The position numbers were made by a program, and so were the translations under genes. Below are positions 21,964-36,900 of a stretch of DNA of 64,000 bases, piece by piece. Source of the stretch: Tubulanus polymorphus. Lineage: Eukaryota; Animalia; Nemertea. Numbering within the stretch: position 1 is the first letter of the stretch; each line of letters opens with the position of its first letter. The stretch covers positions 1 to 64,000 of the forward strand of contig NC_134031.1 of NCBI RefSeq assembly GCF_964204645.1, read 5' to 3'. The notes under the pieces were generated by a model. It was not told where the DNA came from. It ran no database searches and saw only the letters and a list, made by a program, of their open reading frames with translations.

Positions 21964-24900
21964 CTGGTGTGTTACATGACAATGAGGAATAAATATAGAT
22001 AATTGTTGCTGTAAGTCGTGTGTGCGTTATTTAATCATTTTTCGTGGCGGGGTCGAACCCAGGACACCTGTACATCCTCTATTCAGTATCAAGACCACTC
22101 TGAACCAGTATCAGTAATTACTGGTTCGAACCCGGGATGCCCCTGTACATCCTCCATTCAACATCAGGACCAATCAGAATCAGTAATTACTTTTGTTAAG
22201 ATATCAACATTTCACCGTACGGTGCTGCCTCTATGCTCATCGGTAGCGGGATTTTCATACACTAACGTTAGTCAACTCTGGCAAGCAAGGGTTACGGAGT
22301 ATAGCTGGACAGCACGACGATTGCCAGAGTTGACTTCAGTTAGTGTATGGAAATCCCGCTAACGATGAGCATAGCGGCAGCACCGTACGGTCGGGACACC
22401 CCTGTACATCCTCCATTCAGCATCAGGACAACTTGGACCACTACTCAGTTCGAACCCGGGACACCCCTGTACATCATCTAATCAGCATCAGGACCACTCT
22501 GAATCAGTATCAGTAATTACTGGTTCTCGAACCCGGGACACAACCCTGTACATCCTCCATTCAGCATCAGGACAACTTGGACCACTACTCAGTTCGAACC
22601 CGGGACACCCCTGTACAAAGACCACTCTGAACCAGTATCAGTAATTACTTGGTTCGAACGCGGGACACCCCGTACCCATTATGACGCGATTAGACACGTG
22701 TTCGATGGTCGTCCTCATTCAGAAGATGAATTTAATTGTGAAACATGGTCATATCCAGGAATAGTTAAACCCGGCCATCAATGTCTCGACTAAAACCGTG
22801 TCTATATCGATATTTGTACTCGATATATGTCGATATGTATACTCGATATATATACTATCGATATTTTTATAATCGTCGTATTAGGTGCCTACGGATTCAT
22901 CTTCTTTACGATAACCTACAACGATACGATTTCAAACTGTGTTCTACCCGTACTCGAAGTAGGCCTAACTACCAATTTCACGTTGTTTGGAGCCATTTTA
23001 GGACAGTGTAACTTCAACCTAGAGCGATTTCACCCACCCCGAGTGCTAATTGATAAAAGTTCCTGTGTATCAAGTTTAATCGTAATCGGTCCATTGGGTC
23101 AAGAGATATAGACATTTATCCAAAGCGACACCTATGGAAAAGAGTGGAAATTGTTGCATACCAACCTTAAAATAGATATTGTGGTTTTTATATATATTGA
23201 ATAATGTCACCAACTCTTTTATTCATTTAGAAATAAACTACTGTATTGAGCGAAGTATCTTTTAAATAAAGTGGCCTCCACTAGATAAAGCAAATATATG
23301 TGTTCAAAATATATAAGTTAGTATAGAATCTATTGACCAAAAAACAACCCGAGTCAAACAGATGATCATCGTACTACAAATACCTCGCTGGGCCAAAAAT
23401 TAGCCCCAACCTGAGGCACTAACCCTAACCCTAGATCGACCGTAACCCTAACCCTAGCAGGACTCGAACCTGCGACCTCCAGCATGCCGGCCGAACACGC
23501 TAACCACTAGACCGCCGAGTTCTGGTAATTGAGCTGGTTTGTGAATATGTGTGGTCAGTGTGGTACAAGGCCAACACTAGGGTTACTGCGTTTATTAAAC
23601 AGGCCAACACTAAGGTTTCTACGTTTATTAAACAGGCCAACACTAGGGTTTCTGCGTTTATTAAACAGGCCAACACTCGTCAGTGTTTGTTTCTTGGTAA
23701 TTTTTGTGCCCTGGGGCCAGTTCGATGGGCGAAGACTGATTCTATTGGCTAATACAGTCAAACTAAATCGTTTAATCCACATCGACCGAATTTTAGTCTA
23801 ATCCGGATAATACTTACAGTCAATTTAATCATTAATATACACGAAAATGACTTTTAATCCGGATTTGCCGTAAAACGGATGAATTTTGTTGGTCCCAATG
23901 ATCGGAATTAGGGAGATTCTATCATACCATTAATTTACTCTCCTTATATAAAGCTCTAATGTTGGTACAGTTATTAATTTCTAACAAACTAGTGTTGAGT
24001 GATGAATGAAATTTGACTTAAGAAAAATCTGTATTCCTCACATGCCGCAGTAAAATAGCAAGACTGCATCAAATTACAACCGTTCAGTGCTGCCCCAGTG
24101 AATAACGATAGCGGAATTTCTGTGAACTAAAGTAGTAATTACGGAAACCTCGAAACGAATGATTAGATTGGTAAAGAGCGTGGTTTTCATTAGAATAAAT
24201 TCTTTGAATATTGCGTAGAATATAAAACCTAATCTAATCGAAAAGATGCCGAGACCAGTAATAGACTGGTTGCCATTTCTACCTGCGAATACAGGTGGCG
24301 GTGACCAGTCTACCGGCGGGAATCCCAATCTGAGGTACACTATGACGCAATATCAAAATGGCGTGCTTTACCATACCACGAAATTAAGCAAAAACCTCAC
24401 CTAATACAAACATTGCCACCCTCCTTCCCGACCCCTGAAATCAGTATTTCAATATTTGGTAAGTGTTTGTAACATTGGTTTAAATGGCGAAAAATATTCC
24501 ATCTCAGATATTGCGGGAAATCATATTATTTCAGTCACATCCTACAAACACAGTGCACATTGACATATGCCATGGTCATGGTGGCGCTCAGTCAAGCATA
24601 ACGTCATTCCATCCTGATATATCTAGACCACGATGGGCTTCACCTCGCTGTTTTGTGATGAATCTGTTCTAAAATGATTATATCGACTGATTTAATCAAA
24701 CAGTGAAAACAGTGTAAGTTTATTTCATATGTCGCTTAACCTATAGGCCTATTAATCGCAGTCAAACATGTGGGACACCAACATACTCCCATGGGAGGGA
24801 TTTGAACCTGATGACATCGCTTGCTACACTCAGCCACGGTACGAAACCCTGCCACACTAGACCGGGTGCGCAGGTACATGCGCAGCTTTACCGCGCGAAA

Positions 24901-27900
24901 TCTTGCGGCACCAAACAGATTGCTCGTTAATCGCTGAGGTAAATTTCACGGAAGAACTATAAATGGGAAAACCAGGGCTCAAATAAAACTGAATTTCTGA
25001 TTGGCTATTAATGACATCATCTAAGCTGCGCGTGTAGCTGGTGCGCACTCGGTCTAGTGTGGCAGGGTTTCGTACCGTGACAATCTGGATGCCATCAGGT
25101 TCGAGTCCCTGCCGCAGGAGGATTGATGCCTCTACTTGCCTCCATTCGTCTGTGATATTGATGATGATGATCATCATAGGTTTCAGAAACAGATAATATT
25201 TAAACTGTTCGTTTTTTCATTACTTTCTTGTTTATATTTCATGTTGAACTCTGGATGCAAAACCTAAACTGTGGATAGAAAAACCCCGTGAATAAACGAA
25301 CTGCAGATTGGAGCGAACAATCTAATTTGTAAGTTTGAATTTTAGATTTGATATTTCTGCAGTTATTTCTAAGGAAAGAAAACAATCTTAGATTTGTCTA
25401 TTATAGGTATCACTTCAACATGTTCAACGGGAATTTTGATTCAGCACAGGAAAACAAGAATCACTCTTAGATTCAGCACAGGACAACAAGGAATCAGTGT
25501 TTCACAATCAGACTTTTTTGGTTTTGCGCCGGACATCGGGAATCATTCTTGGATTCAGCACAGGACAACAAGGAATCAGTGTTTTACTACCAGACTTTTT
25601 TTTGATTTAGCACAGAACATCGGGAATCACTCTTGGATTCAGCATGACATCAGGAATCACTATAGCCTATGTGGAAATTCAAGATAAGTAACATTAATCT
25701 TTATTTATCGGGTGTTGAATTGATTTTAAGGGACCAATTTTATATTGTTTGTTATAAACCATGTTTTGAAATGAAATCTCAGAAACCTGTTGCATTTATT
25801 CAATCATTTCAAATTTCTTTTGGTGAATATTTGGCTATAATCAGTTCATGGTTGGGATTGTTATTTCTGTAAGCGGGTTTACAGGTTTTCTAAATTGTGA
25901 TCAACTCAAATGTTATTTCTAATCAATATGAAACTGGTTCCTGATGTCAATAATACAACTGTTATCAATCATGTTCCTTCGTAATAATCAGATCATGTGT
26001 ATCTTGAGAGTTAGAATTTCTATAGATTAAACTGCTGTACTTATTTCATACTGATTGTACAGTTACAGATACATGTAACATTGTGTACAGATACAGAGTA
26101 CAGATCACTGCATTACTTCATCCTGTGATTGAACAGTGATTTAATGTTCTCTCATCTTCATTAGATTCCCATCCGTCTAACTAAAACATCAGAACATTTC
26201 AACTCATCTAACCACGGGGTTTGGGGAGGGTGGGTAGGGTTGGGGGAGGGACGGTGGGAGGGAAGGGGTCTGGGAGGAAGGGTGGGAGGGATGGGGTGAG
26301 GGAGGGCGGGAGGGAAGGGGTCCGGGAGAGATGGGGTCCCGGAGGGTGGGAGGGATGTAGGGGTGGTGGTAGGACTTGGGAGGGTGGGAGGGATGTTGGG
26401 GTGGTGGTAGGACTTTGGAGGGAGGGATATAGGGTGGGGGTTTAGGTACAGGTACAGGTGGTTTAGTCGTAGTTTTAGTCTTGAAGTTCAGGATATTTCA
26501 GAAAATGTGTCCCATCTTTTTATTATTCTAAGAAATGATTAATCATTATGAAACACGTGACTGCAACATGTCATGTTACAGTTGTTATGCATGACAAGCT
26601 GTATAAGCATCGGCCAATTGGACTCGTTCTATTTTACTGGTTGTTATTTCTATGAGACCCGGGTTTGATCCCCGGTGAGTGCGCACGTTATTTCACCGTC
26701 ACTTCTCTCAATCGTTATGAGATAATTGCCCCAGATTTTTGAATTGGGACGTTTCAATTTTGAGGGCCATTATGTTGTCAGGAATGAGAGATATTTTTTG
26801 AATGATCACAAACTGCTCCTTGGCTCCGATCAAAACACGGTTTCATTAATAATTGAATGAAACAACAATCATACGTTAATAATTACTGTTGATATCTGGC
26901 GGTTTACTGATACATTTCCAGCTGAAAGATGTATTTTCTTCCTGTGCTATTTTTAAAAACGGCTGTAAATACTGAGAACTGTTATAGGACGACTTAGAAA
27001 ATTATTGACGAGAGTCGAGATGCAGTTCACATTCATCTGCTGCTTCCTCTTTTTTCTGCAGATTCTTAGACAGAGACCTACTCTTCATTTTTGGAAGAAG
27101 AGTATAGAACTCATTAGAATAAGTGATATGTTTTGTTATCACTTTTATGGACACACTTCTTCATTTGCCTTCATGGCACAGTATATCACTATTCATAGAT
27201 ATCCTTAATACCCCGGTAATTAGTTATCCTTTTCAAAAAGATGGGGCACATTTTCTGAAATAAACTGTACAATTTTTAGGTGGGACAAAGATTGACACGG
27301 AGAGACTATTGTTCTATTATTATATTCATTTTAGAATAGGATAATATTCTTTTCTACCCTGTGACTTATAATTCTATTCTAGACAGAATTTAAGGGGCTG
27401 CGAACTAATTATACTTCTATCAGGAAATATTTTACTGAATTTAAAAGCTGTAAAAACAAATGATATTCAACCAGATGTAGTTTTCACAGTTAGGCTACGG
27501 CAATCTTCCTACTACAATGAGACTCTGATAAAGCATGGGGGAGGGGTATGTAGTGTATTTTGCCATTTTTCACAATCATATCAGTTTATGAAAGTTATTT
27601 CATCCTCCGCTGTTATTTAGAATTTTATCAGTGCTCGATCAATTTGTCAGTTTATAGCTTTTAGACTTGGTCACTAAACCTGAGCTATGAACCAAACTTT
27701 GACTCTTTGGTCACTAAACCTGAGCTATGAACCAAACTTTGACTCTTTGGTCACCAAACCTGGGCTATGAACCAAACTTTGACGCTTAGGTCACTAAACA
27801 AAGACCATGAATGAAAGATTTAACGTTTTTTAAAGTTATTTCTGTTGCCTTCATGACTCAATATTTGAGAATGGAACAAATGACGTAGTTAATGAAAGAT

Positions 27901-30900
27901 TCATCTGTATCAGTGTTGCTGCTGCTGCAGCTGCTGCTGCTGCTGGTGCAACTAACACAACCTTTTGCTGTTTGTCTCTAAAAGATTAAACTTGATCCCA
28001 GTCGGAACTGATGAGAATTTTAGTGAGACGACAAATAAGGAAAAGCCATATGAAAAAATGTAAAGCGAATGCATGAATAAAATAAAACAGCATGAAATGC
28101 TGATATAAAGAGTGGGGTCCGAGAGCAATTCGAAGGTTTAGTGTCCTGCACGCTTAGCGAGTGGGCAGGGGTCTATTCCTACCTCGACTCAAGTGCTAAA
28201 AGTCAGAGAAAAGAGTAAAAACGAAAAATGGCAAATGAAGGAAAAATGGCTGGAGTTTGATTTGTTCCACTGGGTTTAAGTGTTAACTTGAAAAGACAAT
28301 CAAACAGATTATTTATGACGTATATATTTTGCATCAGCAGTTTAAAAACATTGATTAATAACTTTTATGAATAGGATTCCATAAACTACTTGCTTATATG
28401 AAACCTCTAGTAGAGAGTATTGAAATAGTCCACAATGGTTTCATTTAGTGACGTCATGTTGAATTGGTGAAGCAACATAAATAGCATTAATTGTTTTGAT
28501 CTCAGCCATCATTCTTGTCCTTGGTTTGTGTTTGCCTTTCTCACAACATTTTGTGAGTGTGAAGGTTTGGTTCGGGCTTATTCTTTGGTCGGGTGAACCC
28601 TCCATATACCTCCCCCTCCCTTACAACATTAAGTTCCTCGGGTTTGGTTTGATGTTTTGTAGATGAAACCTCTACAACTCAAACTCGCATCATTTGATGA
28701 AATGAAATCTGTTTACAGACGACTGCTGCAACTTGTCGTGAAACTGAGATATATTGTGAATACTTATTAGAGGGAGTAGAAATAAAAGGAATAATTTGAT
28801 GAAATTGATAAAGAAATCATCTGTAAAAATGAAGCCATGTGATTTTCAAGACCAACCCAGGCATATGATCATTTGAGTTCATCTGAATGCCTCCAAAATG
28901 TGTAGAGACAGTATCTGTGAGTCCCATCAATGATGCAATTGATTAAGGATTTTGATTTATAAATGAAATTGATATGATCGTGAAAAATGGCAAATCGTTT
29001 TGTAGTTATTGTACAGATGAGTGGTGTGTGAAGAGGAGACAAGAGAGTTGAGGAGGCATGATGGGAGGGCATTGAGGGAGGGCTAGGTGGGAGGGCATTG
29101 AGGGAGGGCTAGGTGGGAGGGCATTGAGGGAGGGCATTGAGGGTGGGCTAGGTGGGAGGGCATTGAGGGAGGGCATTGAGGGAGGGCCAGGCGGGAGGGC
29201 ATTGAGGGAGGGAGGAAGGGAGGGAGGGAAGGGGTATCGGACGGTGGGAGGGAAGGGGTCCGGGAGGGTGGGAGGGAAGGGGTCGGGGAGGGAAGGGGTT
29301 TGGGAGGGAAGGGGTTTGGGAGGGCGGGAGGGAAGGGGTCTGGGAGGGTGGGAGGGTTGGGTCGGGAGGTTAGATGAGTTAAAATGTTCTGATGTTTTAG
29401 TTAGACGGTTGAGAATCTAATGAAGATTAAAGAACATTAAATCACTGTTCAATCACAGGATGAAGTAATGCAGTGATCTGTACTCTGTATCTGTACACAA
29501 TGTTACATGTATCTGTAACTGTACAATCAGTATGAAATTGATTGATTGATCTGATTGATTGATAATTTGAGATGTTACATTCTGCTCTATTGTCACTGAT
29601 TATTGTTTCTTTTTCTTTTCAGAATGAAATGAATGCAATAGAATTTACTATTTAAACAGGCTCATTTAAAGGTAAGTACAAAACTGTTAATGAATTTCTC
29701 CACAGAATTCTTCACAGTCTCTGTTGATATTTTGAATTATTTTTGAACTAAAAATTACAGTTTTACTCTCAGTAACAGGATGAGATACACACCGCAGCAG
29801 CAGCAACAACAGCAGCACTGGCAGTACCTGCAGTACCAGCACTATGCAGCAACAGCAGCTGCAACAGCAGCACTGGCAGTACCCGCAGTACCAGCACCAT
29901 GCAGCAACAGCGCCACCAGCAGCTGCAACAGCAGCACTGGCAGTACCCGCAGTACCAGCACCATGCAGCAACAGCGCCACCAGTAGCTGCAACAGCAGCA
30001 CTGGCAGTACCCGCAGTACCAGCACCATGCAGCAACAGCGCCACCACCAGCTGCAACAGCAGCACTGGCAGTACCTGCAGTACCAGCACCATGCAGCAAC
30101 AGCGCCACCAGCAGCTGCAACAGCAGCAGTAGCAGGTAAAACCTGTTTGGAAATTCATTATTTTTAGAGAACTGTTCTATATAAATTATTCTGTTATCTG
30201 TTTATGTTTCCAGCATTCAACCACTCAAAGATCACGGCTTTGTTTGATTTGGTGTGAAACTGCTCTTATTTCATAACAACTTAACTGACAATTTCTAAAA
30301 TTAGTATTTAGGAGCTGAAATAACTGGAACCCTTGACAGAATCTGTGAACAGTAAACATTGGGAATTCACCTCACATTTGTTAAAGATGGACATCGCTTT
30401 AGATCCTCAAAACCAATACAGTACCGGTAAATATCTCTACAGATTCTAGTCTCTGTTTGACTGTACATTTATAAACTCATTTCCTGATTAGAAGCTACAT
30501 TAATCAGTGAAGGCGAATTTTCAATCACTTCTATTCTGGTCAAAGTTCGAATCATCAAAATTATACAACTGTTGTATTCTAGGGTCTAAAATAAAGCTGA
30601 ACTTCCAGTTAACGTTGCGCTCTACAAATCAAACAAGTCAGAAGCGGTTAGTTTTATATCGATTTATTGCAGTAATTTGTGGTGATCTTCAAATCAAGTC
30701 CAGAAAATGATGTTTTGATCGGTCAATGTTGGCAGGTATCAACGTTTTACTAGAGGACGCAGTCTAAAGCTACCATCAAACCTCTCAGAAATCTGCATAT
30801 ACTCGACACATTGTGATAAACTACTCATTAACCCGGTAGGTTTTCTGTCAATTGAACACAAACAAGTTGCAGTTTCTATCTATTTCATTAACCATTTTCT

Positions 30901-33900
30901 GGCATAATTTTCTCTTTCCAGAATGCAATACGCCCAACACTTTTTGGAACTGGAGAAATTAAAAATATTCACCTTCAAAGAGTAAAGAAGCTCTAGTTGC
31001 TGAAGCTGCTGCTATCGTTTTAAGAATTTATTTTCTCAGAAAATCATCAGTTCTCTTAACTTCATGACATTATTACTGTTGGAAGTGAAATCCTGCTAGA
31101 TGGCACTGAACTAATCTGATATGAGTTTAGAAATGGTGAGTATTTCATCACTCCACTGTGCTCTAATTTCATAATATTCTAACATAATTATTCTGTACAG
31201 AATTTTTATGTGTGATTCTCAGGAAAGCAGTGCGGCGGCTGCTACTGCTGCTGCTGCTTAATTCTGCTCAACACAAGTTTGAAAATGATTGATTTTCTAA
31301 TAGAATTTAGCCCCAATTTCAGACTGCTATAAATACATTACTTAGTATTTTCATAGTATAATGATTTTTTGCAGCATGGAATTTGTCCAATAGAACAGTT
31401 TGAAAAGTGATCAAAGATTGAATAATGGTGTTGAAGTATCTAGAATTATAAGGTAATTATAAATTCTAGTTACCGAAATATGTCATGAAAACAATTCCCA
31501 CTTGACTGTTAATTCTATCGAACATTTTCTATGTAATATTCTCTGACGCAGGTTTTCTCTATTCTAGGACGAAGTGGGGATCGGGACCAATTTGACATAT
31601 CTACCAAATGAATATTGTTTATCTGTGCCGACCGGCACGGGCAGCCTACTGTTGTTCTGTTAATGCTGGTTTGATGGACTGTGTATCACATATCCATAAA
31701 AACAATAGAGTCATCCCCTGATTCGTCTCTCAAAGCTGTGGTGTCATTTTTGCTAATAGAATAATAGCCTGACTCGGGCATAGAATATATAATTTAAACC
31801 CTGCTATATGCAAATTTAAGGCAAAATTCATTTATCAAGAATCAGAATCAAAATAATAAAAGTATAATGAAGAAATAACTAGAACAACCTATACGCACAA
31901 AATAACAAAACCTCTCAACCTTAAGACTGAACACTCGCTTTACTTTCCTAATTAACTTGTTTTTCCCTGTTTTAGTTATTCTTCAGACTTGATGATGGTC
32001 TCTACAGAGACTCCAAAATGTTGTGTCTTTTACTTCTATTAAGTTTCTATATAGTGGGTTTTAAAGTTTTAGTGAAAATTGAAATTGAAGATTAAATGTA
32101 GCTGTAAAGCAGCGATAACTGGTTGCATTAGTTTGTAATTGTTTGTACCCCACGACCCAGTTTTATTGGTCTGGTTTTGTAAAAAAATTGTATGATACAC
32201 ATATTGTATAATGATGTAATATGGACATGTTTTGACAAGTCACTCAATCAATGAAACCATAAAGTTGAAATATCGACAGGTTTTCTTTATTATGTGACTA
32301 TAATATTTCGTGTGAACTGTTGTTCTGTTTTATTTGAAATAAAGATGAATTTTCTGTGTTGTTTTAGTTGTGATTACAGACGTCAGCAGTTTCACACACT
32401 CAGTGCGTCACACGTAAATCCCACGGGTTCAGTTTCATAGAAATAATTTACTCATAAAACTACTCAATTCGACTTTACCGCCTCAATGAATGAATATTTT
32501 TGAAGAAACTGAGCCTAGGGTATATATAGAGTTTCACAAACCAATTGCGTTCAAACGTTTTATTTTGAACGAAAAAGTAAATCCAAGTTGATATTGATTG
32601 ATACTTTCTCTGTGAAACTGGACACTCGCTATTCAGTGTGCGAAACTGCAGCATCTAAATCTGATTGAAACCCGCATCATAAACCAAATCCTACCGAGTG
32701 TACGGTTTCACATATACGGATTAATTATCAAAGATCAACAAAAAAGATCTTTTTGTGAGATTTGATCCAGATTAAGTTTCTTCACAAATTCAGTTAAAAA
32801 ATGCATCGTTTTTTGTGGAACTGCGACCCCTGGTGTCCACTCAAGGAATTCATTTTTTCTTTCTTACCCTGGTATTCGAGGGTTACAATTCGATGGTCCA
32901 ACTACTATTCTTAAAAGGGCAGGGTCCAGTTCCACAGTTGAGTTAAGATTTAACTCTGGGCCCAGTTTCACAAAAAGGATTAAGGCCTAAATCAATTTAA
33001 GATAAACTGAATTAATGAAGAAATTAAATCGATTTAAGAGTTAAACCTTTTTGTGAAACTGGGCCCTGGGGTAACTCATTGAAAATGAATTAACTTTAAC
33101 TCAGAGTTAACTCACAACTGTGGAACTGGGTCCTGGTGTGTCACATGACAATGAGGAATAAATATAGATAATTGTTGCTGTAAGTCGTGTGTGCGTTATT
33201 TAATCATTTTTCGTGGCGGGGTCGAACCCAGGACACCTGTACATCCTCTATTCAGTATCAAGACCACTCTGAACCAGTATCAGTAATTACTGGTTCGAAC
33301 CCGGGATGCCCCTGTACATCCTCCATTCAACATCAGGACCAATCAGAATCAGTAATTACTTTTGTTAAGATATCAACATTTCACCGTACGGTGCTGCCTC
33401 TATGCTCATCGGTAGCGGGATTTTCATACACTAACGTTAGTCAACTCTGGCAAGCAAGGGTTACGGAGTATAGCTGGACAGCACGACGATTGCCAGAGTT
33501 GACTTCGGTTAGTGTATGGAAATCCCGCTAACGATGAGCATAGCGGCAGCACCGTACGGTCGGGACACCCCTGTACATCCTCCATTCAGCATCAGGACAA
33601 CTTGGACCACTACTCAGTTCGAACCCGGGACACCCCTGTACATCATCTAATCAGCATCAGGACCACTCTGAATCAGTATCAGTAATTACTGGTTCTCGAA
33701 CCCGGGACACAACCCTGTACATCCTCCATTCAGCATCAGGACAACTTGGACCACTACTCAGTTCGAACCCGGGACACCCCTGTACAAAGACCACTCTGAA
33801 CCAGTATCAGTAATTACTTGGTTCGAACGCGGGACACCCCGTACCCATTATGACGCGATTAGACACGTGTTCGATGGTCGTCCTCATTCAGAAGATGAAT

Positions 33901-36900
33901 TTAATTGTGAAACATGGTCATATCCAGGAATGTTTAAACCCGGCGATCAATGTCTCGACTAAAACCGTGTCTATATCGATATTTGTACTCGATATATGTC
34001 GATATGTATACTCGATATATATACTATCGATATTTTTATAATCGTCGTATTAGGTGCCTACGGATTCATCTTCTTTACGATAACCTACAACGATACGATT
34101 TCAAACTGTGTTCTACCCGTACTCGAAGTAGGCCTAACTACCAATTTCACGTTGTTTGGAGCCATTTTAGGACAGTGTAACTTCAACCTAGAGCGATTTC
34201 ACCCACCCCGAGTGCTAATTGATAAAAGTTCCTGTGTATCAAGTTTAATCGTAATCGGTCCATTGGGTCAAGAGATATAGACATTTATCCAAAGCGACAC
34301 CTATGGAAAAGAGTGGAAATTGTTGCATACCAACCTTAAAATAGATATTGTGGTTTTTATATATATTGAATAATGTCACCAACTCTTTTATTCATTTAGA
34401 AATAAACTACTGTATTGAGCGAAGTATCTTTTAAATAAAGTGGCCTCCACTAGATAAAGCAAATATATGTGTTCAAAATATATAAGTTAGTATAGAATCT
34501 ATTGACCAAAAAACAACCCGAGTCAAACAGATGATCATCGTACTACAAATACCTCGCTGGGCCAAAAATTAGCCCCAACCTGAGGCACTAACCCTAACCC
34601 TAGATCGACCGTAACCCTAACCCTAGCAGGACTCGAACCTGCGACCTCCAGCATGCCGGCCGAACACGCTAACCACTAGACCGCCGAGTTCTGGTAATTG
34701 AGCTGGTTTGTGAATATGTGTGGTCAGTGTGGTACAAGGCCAACACTAGGGTTACTGCGTTTATTAAACAGGCCAACACTAAGGTTTCTACGTTTATTAA
34801 ACAGGCCAACACTAGGGTTTCTGCGTTTATTAAACAGGCCAACACTCGTCAGTGTTTGTTTCTTGGTAATTTTTGTGCCCTGGGGCCAGTTCGATGGGCG
34901 AAGACTGATTCTATTGGCTAATACAGTCAAACTAAATCGTTTAATCCACATCGACCGAATTTTAGTCTAATCCGGATAATACTTACAGTCAATTTAATCA
35001 TTAATATACACGAAAATGACTTTTAATCCGGATTTGCCGTAAAACGGATGAATTTTGTTGGTCCCAATGATCGGAATTAGGGAGATTCTATCATACCATT
35101 AATTTACTCTCCTTATATAAAGCTCTAATGTTGGTACAGTTATTAATTTCTAACAAACTAGTGTTGAGTGATGAATGAAATTTGACTTAAGAAAAATCTG
35201 TATTCCTCACATGCCGCAGTAAAATAGCAAGACTGCATCAAATTACAACCGTTCAGTGCTGCCCCAGTGAATAACGATAGCGGAATTTCTGTGAACTAAA
35301 GTAGTAATTACGGAAACCTCGAAACGAATGATTAGATTGGTAAAGAGCGTGGTTTTCATTAGAATAAATTCTTTGAATATTGCGTAGAATATAAAACCTA
35401 ATCTAATCGAAAAGATGCCGAGACCAGTAATAGACTGGTTGCCATTTCTACCTGCGAATACAGGTGGCGGTGACCAGTCTACCGGCGGGAATCCCAATCT
35501 GAGGTACACTATGACGCAATATCAAAATGGCGTGCTTTACCATACCACGAAATTAAGCAAAAACCTCACCTAATACAAACATTGCCACCCTCCTTCCCGA
35601 CCCCTGAAATCAGTATTTCAATATTTGGTAAGTGTTTGTAACATTGGTTTAAATGGCGAAAAATATTCCATCTCAGATATTGCGGGAAATCATATTATTT
35701 CAGTCACATCCTACAAACACAGTGCACATTGACATATGCCATGGTCATGGTGGCGCTCAGTCAAGCATAACGTCATTCCATCCTGATATATCTAGACCAC
35801 GATGGGCTTCACCTCGCTGTTTTGTGATGAATCTGTTCTAAAATGATTATATCGACTGATTTAATCAAACAGTGAAAACAGTGTAAGTTTATTTCATATG
35901 TCGCTTAACCTATAGGCCTATTAATCGCAGTCAAACATGTGGGACACCAACATACTCCCATGGGAGGGATTTGAACCTGATGACATCGCTTGCTACACTC
36001 AGCCACGGTACGAAACCCTGCCACACTAGACCGGGTGCGCAGGTACATGCGCAGCTTTACCGCGCGAAATCTTGCGGCACCAAACAGATTGCTCGTTAAT
36101 CGCTGAGGTAAATTTCACGGAAGAACTATAAATGGGAAAACCAGGGCTCAAATAAAACTGAATTTCTGATTGGCTATTAATGACATCATCTAAGCTGCGC
36201 GTGTAGCTGGTGCGCACTCGGTCTAGTGTGGCAGGGTTTCGTACCGTGACAATCTGGATGCCATCAGGTTCGAGTCCCTGCCGCAGGAGGATTGATGCCT
36301 CTACTTGCCTCCATTCGTCTGTGATATTGATGATGATGATCATCATAGGTTTCAGAAACAGATAATATTTAAACTGTTCGTTTTTTCATTACTTTCTTGT
36401 TTATATTTCATGTTGAACTCTGGATGCAAAACCTAAACTGTGGATAGAAAAACCCCGTGAATAAACGAACTGCAGATTGGAGCGAACAATCTAATTTGTA
36501 AGTTTGAATTTTAGATTTGATATTTCTGCAGTTATTTCTAAGGAAAGAAAACAATCTTAGATTTGTCTATTATAGGTATCACTTCAACATGTTCAACGGG
36601 AATTTTGATTCAGCACAGGAAAACAAGAATCACTCTTAGATTCAGCACAGGACAACAAGGAATCAGTGTTTCACAATCAGACTTTTTTGGTTTTGCGCCG
36701 GACATCGGGAATCATTCTTGGATTCAGCACAGGACAACAAGGAATCAGTGTTTTACTACCAGACTTTTTTTTGATTTAGCACAGAACATCGGGAATCACT
36801 CTTGGATTCAGCATGACATCAGGAATCACTATAGCCTATGTGGAAATTCAAGATAAGTAACATTAATCTTTATTTATCGGGTGTTGAATTGATTTTAAGG

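Noticed and set aside
24805-24880. CTGATGA...CGAAA hammerhead-like spacing
   Set aside because: Stem II closing pair, cleavage triplet and stem I do not fit; it is the arm of the tRNA-like palindrome
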